Source: Lytechinus pictus
Taxonomy: Eukaryota
Length of the DNA: 62,000 bases
Assembly (NCBI RefSeq): GCF_037042905.1
Contig: NC_087251.1
Coordinates: 1,736,001 to 1,798,000, forward strand
Direction of reading: 5' to 3'
In this document: in pieces, positions 1 through 11,787 of the stretch
Position numbering within the stretch: the first letter of the stretch is position 1
How the letters are laid out: each line of letters starts with the position of its first letter
Notes under the pieces: model-generated
What the model was told of the DNA's origin: nothing
Database searches by the model: none
Seen by the model: only the letters and a program-made list of their open reading frames with translations
Program-made: the position numbers and the translations under genes

Positions 1-175
1 TCTACATCAATAATATTAGGGGGCCTTGGTTAATTAATGTTGTTTGTTTGTTTTTATTGTTTCTCGTGATTTCCTATTTTGAAATAACTGGAGCAAAGAC
101 TACACCATATTTCCGTGCTATTCAATGTTGATAAGATTGCAGGGTTTTTGTTTTGTTGTGTTTTTAACAATTTTT

Positions 176-405
176 ATAACTGGGTCTGGAGGAAAGACTT
201 CGCTATATTTCCATGTTATTTAACAATAATAAGAGATTGGGGATCTTTATTACTTTTTTACTCTTTGAGAAATGATTTGTAAAAGTGGGTCTGGAAAAAG
301 ACTTTGAACTTATATTATAATTTTAACAACCGGGTCTGGAAAAAAAGACTTTGAACTTATATTACAATTTTTAATTAACCGGGTCTGGAAAAAAGACTTT
401 GCACT
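176..405. repeat. Short degenerate tandem repeats (gggtctggaaaaaagactttgaactt units)
   Basis: Motif recurs at ~181, 287, 331 and 381. Confidence 0.7.
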
Positions 406-615
406 TTTATGTTATGTGAAGGCATTTCTATAGCCTTTTAGTTCAGAAGGATTCACAATGTTTTGGAAAAAGGTAGGGGCTGAAGTCCCCCCCCCCCCCC
501 TCCCTCAGCTTCCGCAGCCATACCCTAAGATGTTTTATCCTTGTCACTATGCATCGGGAAACTGTCCCCATCCCATTGTTGAACGGGCACGATTTTATGT
601 TGTGAGGGGACGGTA

Positions 616-860
616 TCACGAGTATGAATACTGTTGGAGCTATCCCCACCGCCGTGAAAATCAAACTGGATTTCCCATTGAGTGGGGACTGGATCACGAG
701 TATACTATACTGTTGGAACTGTCCCCACCGCCGTGAAAATCAAACTGGATTTCCCATTGAGTGGGGACTGGATCACGAGTATATATACTGTTGGAACTGT
801 CCCCACCGCCGTGAAAATCAAACTGGATTTCCCATTGAGTGGGGACTGGATCACGAGTAT
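616..860. repeat. Tandem repeat, ~3.1 x 78-79 bp
   Basis: tcacgagtat anchors at 616, 694, 773 and 851; units are near-identical. Confidence 0.95.
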
Positions 861-1090
861 ATAATAGGGAGAGAACCCTAGTGTTTATATACCGTACAGT
901 GTGTGTTTCATTTGTGTGTGTTATCATTTTGCCACAGAGTTGTGCGAGAGTTGGGGACTGTGTTCTGGAGAAAGGAAGTGATTTTCATGCGTTCTGGTAG
1001 GTGTGATTCTAATAATCCCCACTTTTGGATTTGGGGACTATATCACGATTATGCCGTTATTAACAGGTTCCGGAACAACACAGACCTTAA

Positions 1091-1673
1091 AGAAGAATGA
1101 AACCCTTGAAACCAGCTGAATCCATATCAAATAGAAAAATCAAAGGAACACATTGTTGAAAGTTTGAGGAAGATTGAATGAATAATAATAAAGTTATGAG
1201 CATTTGAATATTGAGATCACTAGTGCCATGTAGATCCTCCCATCGGCAATGCGACCAAGATCTGTGATATCACAGACGTACAACTCCCTCATTACTTTAG
1301 TACTTATTTCACTTATATTCTCACTTTTATAGAGTCTATCACAAGGTGAGGTGTTCTCTTTATGAGATGACAAGGGCAGAGGTTTCACAACATTATATCA
1401 TTGATGAATCGTTTGTCATATGATTAGAATGAGCAAAAAGAAATGTTTTGGGGTATATTTTCAGTGTCCAAATGGGAGAGTTGTACGTGTGTGACATCAC
1501 AGATCTTGGTCGCATTGCCAATGGGAGGATCTCCATAGCATTAGTGATCTCGACATTCAAATGCTCATAACTCTTTTATTGCTAGTCCTATTTTACTCAA
1601 ACTTTTGTTGATCTTATTTTTTGATTTTTCTGCTTTCACAAAAGCTAACTTGCTCCAAGAGTTTCATTCTCCT
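1091..1673 (+). mobile_element. Kolobok/T2-type MITE family A
   Basis: TTAA TSD (1087-90, 1674-77); TIR AG(G/A)AGAATGAAAC; internal inverted repeats; other copies at 2450 and 49394. Confidence 0.88.
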
Positions 1674-2449
1674 TTAAGCTAAGGTATGGTTTTACAGTTT
1701 GAAATGGCTAAGATTCGTGGCAGAGAAACTTTTTGATTACGTAAAAACTATTTGAATTTGGAAAGTAAGAAAAATGTATGATAGTGATACACTGCCACTG
1801 GCACTGGTTAAAAAATTCGGTTGACAATGGAATGGTTGAAAAGTAAATTGCCAAGGGCAAGGCCAGGGACGTAGGATGGGGGATCGGGTGTCCGGACACT
1901 TTATATATTTTTAAGCCTTCTTTTTTGTCTTTGGATTACACTAAAAATATGAATTCAATAGTTGTAATCATCTTCCATTTTGTTCTCCATAATATTTCCT
2001 TACATTTTGTACAAAAAATTATTGAAACTTCGCTTGTAAATTTTCCAAAGGACTTTCTAAAATTGATCGTCCGGACACACAACAACTGGGTATACAGGTC
2101 TAACGTTAACTCTAACGTGTATCTGACAGTGACACTCTGTGCAGTGTGACATGGATTTGAATAAGTGGGACCGTAGCTAGATGATCCTAAAAATGCGTAC
2201 CGGTACGAAAACAATTTTGTAGTTGTACCATATTTTTAAGCATGTTATTGTTATTTAGAATTAAGAACGTCACTTCCGCAGTTCACTTCAATTTCACTCT
2301 TTCACAGAGGCTGCAATAGCCAACATAGAAAAAAGATTGCAAAGCTAAAAAAATCCAAGTTTTACCTTAATTATCTCTAATATAACAAAAAAATGCTTTA
2401 AATATCATATCATACTCTGTCTTGAGATCTATTCTAGATTTGCATTTAA

Positions 2450-2879
2450 AGGAGAATGAAACCCTTGAAACCAGCTGAATCCATATAAAAGAGAAAAATC
2501 AAAGAAACACATTGTTGAAAGTTTGAGGAAGATTGAATGAATAATAAGAAAGTTATGAGCATTTGAATATTGAGATCACTAATGCCATGTAGATCCTCTC
2601 ATTGGCAATGCGACCAAGATCTGTGATGTCACACACGTACAACTCCCTCATTACTTTAGTACTTATTTCACTTATATTCTCACTTTTATAGAGTCTATCA
2701 CAAGGTGAGGTGTTCTCTTTATGAGAGGACAAGTACAGAGGTTTCACAACATTATATCATTGATGAATCGTTTGTCATATGATTAGAATGAGCAAAAAGA
2801 GATGTTTTGGGGTATATTTTCAGTGTCCAAAACTGGACAACTCTCCCCTTTTGGACACTGAAATGTACCCCAAAACATC
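2450..2879 (+). mobile_element. Truncated Kolobok-type MITE family A ending in a fold-back
   Basis: Starts TTAA|AGGAGAATGAAAC; near-identical to 1091-1472; 2849-2879 is the reverse complement of 2801-2832. Confidence 0.85.
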
Positions 2880-3039
2880 GCGCGCATCCGGAATCATGAT
2901 GTAATTTGTCACGCACGAAAATAATTGTTTTTCGTGGAGGGGTATGCGGCAAGTGTGATGCAAAAAAACTGCAAATTTAAAATAATTTTATCATATTCAT
3001 AATATTTGGAATAGCAAGTGCGAATTTTTCTTTCCCAGG

Positions 3040-4390
3040 TAAAAAAACCAGTTGAAACCAGTTGAAATTTTAACTGGTTTCAACTGGAGTCAACTGGTAC
3101 CAGTTGAAACCAATTGGCACAACTGGTAAACTCCCACCATGCCAGTATATTCCAGTTGAAACCCATTGTCTCAACTGGACATGCTGAAAACATACAAGTT
3201 TATTCCAGTTGAAACCAATTAACTATACTGGTATAAATTAGTACACCAGTTAATACCAGTTAAAACCAATAGGCCTTTCTGGTTTATCTACCAATAGATT
3301 CCAGTTTAAAACCCATTGGCCAAACTGGACCATTTGATGCCAGTTGGAACCCATAGAAACCCAATGGGTGTATATACCAGTTAATGCCACCTTAAACCCA
3401 TAAACCATACTGGTATATCATAAACCAATTGATAATAATAATAATAATAATAATAGCGGTATATTTACCCAGGGTAGCCGCTTCAGTTCCGAAAACTGTT
3501 CTCCCAGCGGGCCCTGCTATTATTGATACCAGTTAGAACCAACATGCATTACTGGTATACCTACCAGTTGATTCCAGTTAAAACCCATAAACCAAACTGG
3601 ATCAGAGTGTTCCAGTTGGAACCCATAGACCTCCCATAACCCCACTTGGAACCCATAGACCTCCCATAACCCCACTTGAAACCCATTAACCATACTGGAA
3701 TATCAAACCAATGGATACCAGTTAGAACCAATATAGGCATTACTGGCATATCTACCAGCTGATTCCAGTTAAAAGCCATAAACCATACTGGAGCAGATTA
3801 TATACCAGTTGGAACCCATAGACCTCCCATAACCCACTTGAAACCCATTAACCATACTGGAATTTCAAACCAATTGATACCAGTTAAACCAGCATACATT
3901 ACTGGTATAATACCAGTTGATTCCAGTTAAAACCCATAAACCAAACTGGAACATATTTTACCAGTTGGAACCCATAGACCTCCCATAACCCACTTGAAAC
4001 CCATTAACCATACTGGAATATCAAACCAATTGATACCAGTTAAAATCAACATACATTACTGGTATACTACCAGTTGATTCCAGTTAAAACCCATAAATCA
4101 ATTAAACTGGGACATATTTTACCAGTTGGAACCCATAGACCTCCCATAACCCACTTGAAACCCATTTACCATACTGGAATATCAAACCAATTGATACCAG
4201 TTAGAACCAATAGGCATTACCAGTATATATCTACCAGCTGATTTCAGTTAAAACCCATAAACCAAACTGGAACAGATTATACCAGTTGGAACCCATAGGC
4301 CACCCATAACCCACTTGAAACCCATTAACCATACTGGAATATCAAACCAAATGATACCAGTTAGAACCAATAGGACTTACCAGTTGATTC
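3040..4390. repeat. Left subterminal CCAGTT-rich array (incl. ~180-bp tandem units)
   Basis: Repeated accagttggaacccatagacctcccataacccacttgaaaccc units. Confidence 0.9.
3435..3521 (-). mobile_element. 87-bp 5'-truncated LINE (L2/CR1-type) or SINE 3' tail with (ATT)n
   Basis: TSD ATTGATA (3428-34, 3522-28); sister repeat units lack the insert; similar tail at 47450-47520. Confidence 0.75.
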
Positions 4391-5824
4391 TAGTAAGAAC
4401 CCGTATATACATATATAATATATACATATATATATATGTATATTAGAGGCATAGTGGTAATGCATTGTACTTATTTCCAACAGAGTTTATATATATATAT
4501 ATATATTATATAAGAACTATGTTTTCATACCTTTGTTGTTTTATTTGTCGCTTCTCTTAAACTGACTTTTGAAATATTTTTGTAATTGTTGATATCTGCA
4601 GTAATCATTCAAATTTCTTATCCGACAAGTCACTGGCTCAATATAGCTGTAACCCACTTTACATTAATATTTATATTTTTTGTACAGATCATATTACTTC
4701 AAAGTCCTCTTATCTTTGTTTTTAATTCCTTTTGAGATAATTCTTTATGATTATCATTCATGAATGTGTTTCCTATAACTATTATTATTGTTACCATCAA
4801 CAAAGCGTTACTTTTCTTTAAAAAAAGCAAGTATTATTTCATACAATCCACTCTTTAATCTACATGTATTGTTATTCATTCAACATTGGTTAAATATATA
4901 TTTATGTGAAAATGTTCATTATGTTAAAGGTATATACATTTAGCCTACTCCCAACCTTTGCCCGTTCCTGCTTTTGACATTACTCCCCCCCCTCCCTGTA
5001 TACTTTTCTTTTTGTATCCCCTTTCCAATATTATACATTAGTATACTTTGTTATTTTTTTGTTGCTTATTTGTTTACTGAAATTTTGCTCTGTACAAATT
5101 CATGTAATTCAGCCTTTTACCACAATAAATGCCATGCATTTATCCATCCTATACACAGCTCGATTGAGGATAAGAGGAAAAAAATATCTACATAATAACT
5201 AACTTAATTATTCTTTATGTTAATTTTAATATTTCCACCTTGAAAAGTTTCATTAAAGTATGTGGTTCGATATTACCATATAACTTAAATCGAAACATGT
5301 TATTCTCAGTGAAATTTTCTAGTTTACATTAAAAAAATTGTTATCCTAGATATTTGTTGCGAGAAAAAAAATTCTTCCTATTTAATCCCTTTTTTCTAAT
5401 TTAAGTTAAAGAGGACTATTTTACACTATTTTTACAAATCACATAAAAATTAATGTATTTTTCTTTTTTTAACTCACTGATATTTTAAAAATATTTTTGA
5501 AGGTGAATAGAATTGCTATTTTTTTCTATTTATAACGCGCATATTTATTGCTAGTTTACAACCTTGCCATGTTAAGCAAGGCTATCTTTATCTTTCAAAT
5601 AAAAAGAAAATAAATAAAATAGAAATAAAGAACAAATATTAAGCTAATTCATTCTTAAACTTTCAAAGAAAAAAAAAAGCTCCAAAAGCAGAGGCAAAAA
5701 TCGTCATTTCTTGACTGGTTGCCAACCAAAACCAAACAAGAAGAAATTTGTATGTTAATTAAGAAGTTCGTATTTCTATTTTAAAACTTCTTTCTTGCTT
5801 TAGACCCCCCCCCCCCCCTTCGTT

Positions 5825-6000
5825 ATTCCTGACTCAGCAGATCTTCCTTCAATCACCGGGCGCGGGCGGGCCTGCGCATGCGCACTGAGTGCCACTGATC
5901 GCTATCGTCCGTATAATTATGCAAATTAACCAGCGCCGCCAAAACGCAAACCGCCAATCTAATTTGAATTTGAAAGAGCCATCTTCGCCTCGCCGTTAAT
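5825..6000 (+). promoter_or_regulatory. CpG-rich promoter-like motif cluster inside the EnSpm-type element
   Basis: TGACTCA 5830, GC box ~5860, NRF1 palindrome TGCGCATGCGCA 5873-84, octamer ATGCAAAT 5919-26, CCAAT 5954, TTTGAA 5963, YY1-like GCCATCTT 5978; downstream donor CAG|GTAAGT at 6141. Confidence 0.55.
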
Positions 6001-6700
6001 TTGCACCGCACTTTTATCGAGTGCTAGTGCGATAAAGAAGGGTAAAGAAGGCCGTTTTAATAATAATTCAACCACTGAAATCACACGGACCAGATTTGGA
6101 CAATGACTTGAAAGCTAAGACATTCGCAGTAGGCTCTACAGGTAAGTTAACAATTTTCTTTTCGTAGTTTGTTAAATGGCGCGGCTCGCAGCTAGCTGCG
6201 GGGCTAGCTGTAACGTTAGAGTTCGTCAGGACATCCTGTTACTGCCCCTCAGCGCTGCCTGCCGGCCGCGACTAGCCGGGCGTGGATGTGTGGCTGCCAT
6301 GCCGGTGCAAGTCTGCGCACATACATCATATTGACCTTACGATTTGTGTTAAGATTTAACATGAATTTCTTTTTATTTCACAAAATCTTTCAGTTGATAT
6401 TGTTCCATATATTGTTATAAGTAAATGAGAGAGATATGTGATCGAATGTGAAACCGATTTTCTTGGTCTTGGAAAAAATCTGAGACTCAGCCAGTTATGA
6501 TTTTCAATTTCAGATTTAACATTATGATAGTGGCCAGCGCCTCGTGTCTGCGCACCAATCACTATACACACGATTTGAGGATTTTGATGAGATTTTGAAA
6601 TGCCGAAAATCGAAATTCATTATTTTTTCCACCATTTTAAGAGTCTGATTTTTTCATGAATAGGCCTAGCTGTTTATCACTTTTTGACTGTGTATTTCAG

Positions 6701-6887
6701 GAGAGAGGGAGACCCAAAACCACCTGGAGTCATACTGAGCCTCGAGGAGGAGATGAAGTCAGTGAACATGACCTGGGGTACCGGTAGTTTCCAGAAGAAG
6801 GCCCAGCTCAAAACCGCCAGGACTCGGGAGTGGAGATCCGAATACTTCGTTGCTGCCCTCCATATGAGGAGGCTGTAAGTTAGGTAA
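6701..6887 (+). mobile_element. Degenerate 3' end of an RTE-clade LINE, flanked by splice sites
   Basis: Two frames give RGRPKTTW.. and EEEMKSVNMTWG..EWRS..FVAALH, resembling the C-terminus of RTE ORFs; TAAG-like tail. Confidence 0.6.
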
Positions 6888-7355
6888 TTCAGATGTCAAG
6901 TTTTCTTTTGGGGTCTTTGTGTATCCTCTATTATGAGAATTATGGAAAAGAGATGGTGATTTAATGGTTTTAAAGATGTAAAATATGAAATTCTAGCACT
7001 TTTTTTAGGCCTAATATGAGTTCGGACACCCTACTTATAATTTTTTTTTGAGGAGCGCGATATTTTTGTACATGACCCAAGCCTAGTTTCACCACAGATT
7101 AATTAATAGCTACACAGCTGTTGCATTTACAATTTTAATAACAATCTACAACAATTGAGCATTTTATAAAATTGAGTGTGTCTAGGAAAGCAAATTCGGA
7201 GGCATAAGGAGAGCCATTTATTGAGCTCCATGGAATTATAAACATGAAGGACTGATCTCTGCGACATCGATTTCAGAAGTATTCCCAAGACCAAGTGAAC
7301 TTACTCATTTTTTTAATAAATATGATGATGTGCTGTTTATCATTATAGTTGAATC

Positions 7356-8413
7356 ATTGATTCACAATCCCATGTATTTTTCTTAATGTGCAAATGGAAT
7401 TTTACAACACTCTGTAGTAACCCTTGCCCGCCTTAGGTGTAGACATGTATTGCTATTCACTGTAATATAGACGTATTTTTATTCACTGTTCACTGTACTG
7501 ATTATTTTTCTCTCCATTGTTTTAAAAAAATTATTCAGATACATCGCATCTACCAGCAAAGAACGTGTGCCAGTACAGGGAAGGAATGTACCTGTCGCAC
7601 GTGAACTCTTCAGAGGCAGTGAGGACAACAAGATCTGCAAGCAAGTGATCCTTTTTGTAAGAAAATTTCCAATTTGTACATTTCACAATTAATTTTTTTT
7701 AAAGCCTTTGTACACATTTAGAGTATCAAGGCTTACAATATGTAAAAATTAAATGTTTGCCCAAAAATCATTATGGGAAAGGTGGATTTCCAAGGAAAAA
7801 TCAAATCTATCTTTGTTTACACAGTTGTACGAGCAACCTTATAGGAGGCTTGTCTAGGCTCCGTGATGAAAATACAATGTAAAAATTGATTCACAATCCC
7901 ATGTATTTTTCTTAAAGTGCAAATGGAATTTTACAACACTCTGTAGTAACCCTTGCCCGCCTTAGGTGTAGACATGTATTGCTATTCACTGTAATATATA
8001 CGTATTTGTTATTCGCTGTTGTTCACTGTACTGATTATTTTTCTCTCCATTGTTTTTGAAAAAAATTCTTCAGATACATCGCATCTACCAGCAAAGAATG
8101 TGTGCCAGTAGAGGAAAGGAATGTACCTGTCGCACGTGAACTCTTCAGAGGCAGTGAGGACAAGATCTGCAAGCAAGTGATCCTTTTTGTAAGAAAATTT
8201 CCAATTTGTACATTTTACAATTAATTTTTTTTTAAGCCTTTGTACACATTTAGAGTATCAAGGCTTACAAAATGTAAAAAAATTAATGTTTGCCCAAAAA
8301 TCATTATGGGAAAGGTGGATTTCCGAGGGAAATCTATCTTTGTTTACACAGTTGTACGAGCAACCTTATAGGAGGCTTGTCTAGGCTCCGTGATGAAAAT
8401 ACAATGTAAAAAT
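7356..8413. repeat. Tandem duplication of ~530 bp (third diverged partial copy ~9630-9980)
   Basis: attgattcacaatcccatg at 7356 and 7885; each copy contains an AG-flanked exon-like block atacatcgcatctaccagc. Confidence 0.92.
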
Positions 8414-8711
8414 GATAAAATTATCTTCATGGAGTCCTCTAGGCTAGCCAGTGACATGGGCCCAGGCCCATCAATTTTAATTCATGCTTTTGCATAACCA
8501 AATGGCGTGAATTTGGAACTGGAAGTATAATTTCAGATTGACCTCCGAAATGAAACGTGCACAATTAGTCTGAACTAAAATAACATTTCCTGAATTTTTT
8601 CTTAAATCTGGAGGCTGAAGTATTTTTTTATCTTTGAAATTAAATTGGTTCTCGTTGTTTTTTACCTCTGACTTACCAGTATGTGTGGGGGTACCGTAGA
8701 AGTAGAATTAA

Positions 8712-9298
8712 AGGGATGGTCCAGGCTGGAAACATATCTCAATAAATAGAGTAAAATTCACAGAGCAAAATGCTGAAAACTTGATCAAAATTTGATAATT
8801 AATTAAGGTTTTGAATTTTAAAGATTTGCATTATTCCGGTGAAATAGTTCTAGGCATGTCTTTATGAATATTCATTAGGTTGGCTGATGATGTCATATCC
8901 CAATTGCCCTTTTGTATTTTATTATATGAGATTAGGTTTATTAAGATATTTTTAACCAAGAACTATTGACAATTGGATTGACAACTGATTAGGTGCATTA
9001 GTTATTGACGCAACTTATTTCATTACAATGGAGACGCATCATTTACACATGTATGAAAAAATCAAACATTTATGATTTCATCTAGTAACATAAAAAAAAG
9101 GAAAGTGGAGATGTGACATCAGCCCACCTAATGAATATTCATGACGAAGTGCATACAACTGTTTTCACAAAATATTGATAAACTTTAAAATTCAATAACT
9201 TCTTGTTATCCTATTTTGATGAAATTTTCATCATTTTGCTCTGTGAATTTTACTCAAGTATTATTTAGATGTAAATATTTTCGGCCCGGACCATCCCT
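8712..9298. mobile_element. Kolobok-type MITE family B
   Basis: TTAA|AGGGATGGTCC...GGACCATCCCT|TTAA; a partial related copy at ~28985-29075. Confidence 0.85.
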
Positions 9299-10659
9299 TT
9301 AATCCTCTGATAAAATTTTGTATTTCATTTTTTTTTTTTGCTTTGTCTTGCGTTTTTAAACATGTTCTGGGAACTGCTTTTTGAAAGTTGTCAGCATTAA
9401 CAAGTTGTCTTTTTCCGACAGTTACCATAGTAACAGTCAGAGGCCAGTGCTTCTCAGCCAATCAAAAGCAATGATTTCACTGAAATAGTCGGCACTGACA
9501 ATCATGAAATACCCATCAGATGTTAGCAGATAATGTGCAACATAGACTCCTAGATACATATATGCAAACATACATAGTCTAAGTCTTTATTATTAAAATA
9601 AATGTATAGGTATAAGGTCGAGGCAATTTTATCTCTGCGATGTCAATTTCAGAAGTATTCCCAAGACCATGTGAACTTACTATACATGTTGTAATAAAAA
9701 TGATGATGTGCTGTCTATCATTTATAATTGAATCATTGAAATATGGAACTTAGAGAAGTTTCACTATCCCATGTATTTTCTTTATGTGCAGATATAATTT
9801 TACACCACTGAAATTTTGTATTACGGTATTCACTGTACTTATTATTTTTCATTCCATTGGTTTTTTTTTCTAATCTTCAGATACATCGCATCTACCAGCA
9901 AAGATCAAGTGCCACTACAGGAAAGGAAGGTACCTGTTTCACGTTTCCTCTTCAGAGCCAGTGAGGGCCCCAAGATCTCAATAAATAATAATTAAAAAAA
10001 GACTCCTTTATCATTCCTTTAAAAATAGTACATATTATTTATTGAAGGTAAATGCTTAGATGCATTATATTCAAATTTTGTCTCCAAGCTAGCATGTAAA
10101 AATTGGATTGACTACATATTTACTGTGTAAGTTAATGATCTTTGTTGACACATAATACAAGAATTATACACAGCATGTTACAGTTTGTAACATAATTTTC
10201 TTTCATTAAATTCCTAGTTTAAATACCATATAGATGTTTTTTGTGACTTTTGTCATTCTCTGATGTTTTTTGGTACAGATTTCAAGAGACTGAGGGATTG
10301 ATTTACCAGAGCAAGTTTACAGTCCAATCCTGTTATATTGTGCATGTGGAAATTAACAAGGTTTCAATACAATGCTACAAATTTACCTTGATTCATTTCA
10401 TCAGTCCTATGTGCAAGGATAATTATTTCACTTGTCCATGCACATTGTTATAACAGGAGTGGACATTCAATGTAAAGATTATTGAAGATAATTTATAATT
10501 GAAATAACCGCCTGAGAGGGGGGGGGGGTGTGTTGGTACCAATATTATAATGTGTGTGTGCGCAAGGAAAACGAAGGAGTGATTATATGAGAAGAGTAAA
10601 AGATCGGGAATGTACATATCCACATGATTCATTTTTGTTTATGCTATACATTGCAGGGT

Positions 10660-11280
10660 GTTTCTAACTGGTACCACTTGACAATTTATGTTTCCAACTG
10701 GTCCTAACTGGTGCTTCCAACTTGTTCTAACTGGCACCAGTTGACAACTGGTGTTTCCAACTGGTTTTAACTGGCACCAGTTGACAACTCATGTTTCCAA
10801 CTGGTCCTAACTGGCACCAGTTGACAATTGGTGTTTCCAACTGGTTTTAACTGGCACCAGTTGACACCTCATGTTTCCAACTGGTCCTAACTGGCACCAG
10901 TTGACAATTTGTGTTTCCAACTGGTTTTAACTGGCACCAGTTGACAACTCATGTTTCCAACTGGTCCTAACTGGCACCAGTTTACAATTGGTGTTTCCAA
11001 CTGGTTTTAACTGGCACCAGTTGACAACTCATGTTTCCAACTGGTCCTAACTGGTACCAGTTAGGACCAGTTGTCAACTGGTACCAGTTGCTAACTGGTA
11101 CCAGTTAGGACCAGTTGCCAACTGGTATTTCCAACTGGTACCAGTTACAATTTGTCAACTGGATTCCAGTTGAATCCAGTTGATTCCAGTATTCCAATTT
11201 CCATATTGAATCCAGTTCGCTAACTGGAATCAACTGGTACCAGTACCAGTTGGATGAACTGGTCCTTAACTGGTTTTTTG
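10660..11280. repeat. Right subterminal array, ~40-bp units (alternating 80-bp period)
   Basis: Repeated tttccaactggt(cc/tt)taactggcaccagttgacaa. Confidence 0.92.
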
Positions 11281-11432
11281 ACCTGGGTTGATTGTATTTC
11301 CTCTAGTTGTCATTTTTAAATCACTGAAATAAAGGTGTCCCACAATTGGATACACCGCCATACAAAAGTCAGGATGTAGTACATTGCTAAGGAAATATCT
11401 TGGGTTCTCATCTGCAGTGCATACTTGCTTTT

Positions 11433-11625
11433 CGCCATAGTGTTATGTTGTATGCCGCCCACTTGCGGCCTATGTTTTATAGGCATGTTATTATTGTTCA
11501 TTCGGGTCGAGTATTCGCCCCTTCCGGCCGGCAGCTTGCGTTGCGTGAGTATGTTGAATAAATGCTTAAACATTATTCCATTGTGACTGGTTGTCCATCT
11601 TTGTAGTAGTCTCTTAATAATGGCG
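11433..11625 (+). repeat. 5' LTR (CGCCAT...ATGGCG)
   Basis: Identical to 16095-16287; AATAAA at 11557. Confidence 0.92.
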
Positions 11626-11643
11626 TGGTGGCAGCTACGGAAT
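11626..11643 (+). other. Primer binding site, probably tRNA-Leu
   Basis: TGGTGGCAGC is complementary to the ...GCUGCCACCA 3' end of eukaryotic tRNA-Leu; the match degrades after 10 nt. Confidence 0.65.
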
Positions 11644-11787
11644 TTCGTACTCACCATTGATTTCTTTTGCGATGGACTTTATGCGTTTTCTTGCAGCCAG
11701 TCGGTCGACAAATCCGTTGTCGTGATAGGTGGTTTAAACCGTTTATGTTTGCTCGCACTGCCGTAGTCCCACTTATAGCCCATATCG

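Larger units (their letters stand above)
3034..11287. mobile_element. Non-autonomous EnSpm/CACTA(CMC)-type DNA transposon, 8.25 kb
   Basis: Termini CCCAGGT-AAAAAACCAGTT / AACTGGTTTTTTGACCTGGG; TT on both flanks (2-bp TSD); subterminal arrays of CCAGTT/AACTGG motifs at both ends; no transposase ORF. Confidence 0.8.

Noticed and set aside
616..860. Possible CRISPR array
   Set aside because: Whole units are repeated with no unique spacers, no cas genes are present, and the context is eukaryotic.
1194..1388. Recurrent 64-aa ORF MKPL...FKCS (also 2553, 49678)
   Set aside because: Chance frame within near-identical MITE copies, non-ATG start, no domain resemblance.
11316..11657. Minus-strand ORFs overlapping both LTRs (also 16032-16331)
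   Set aside because: Similar only because the LTRs are identical; no coding signature.
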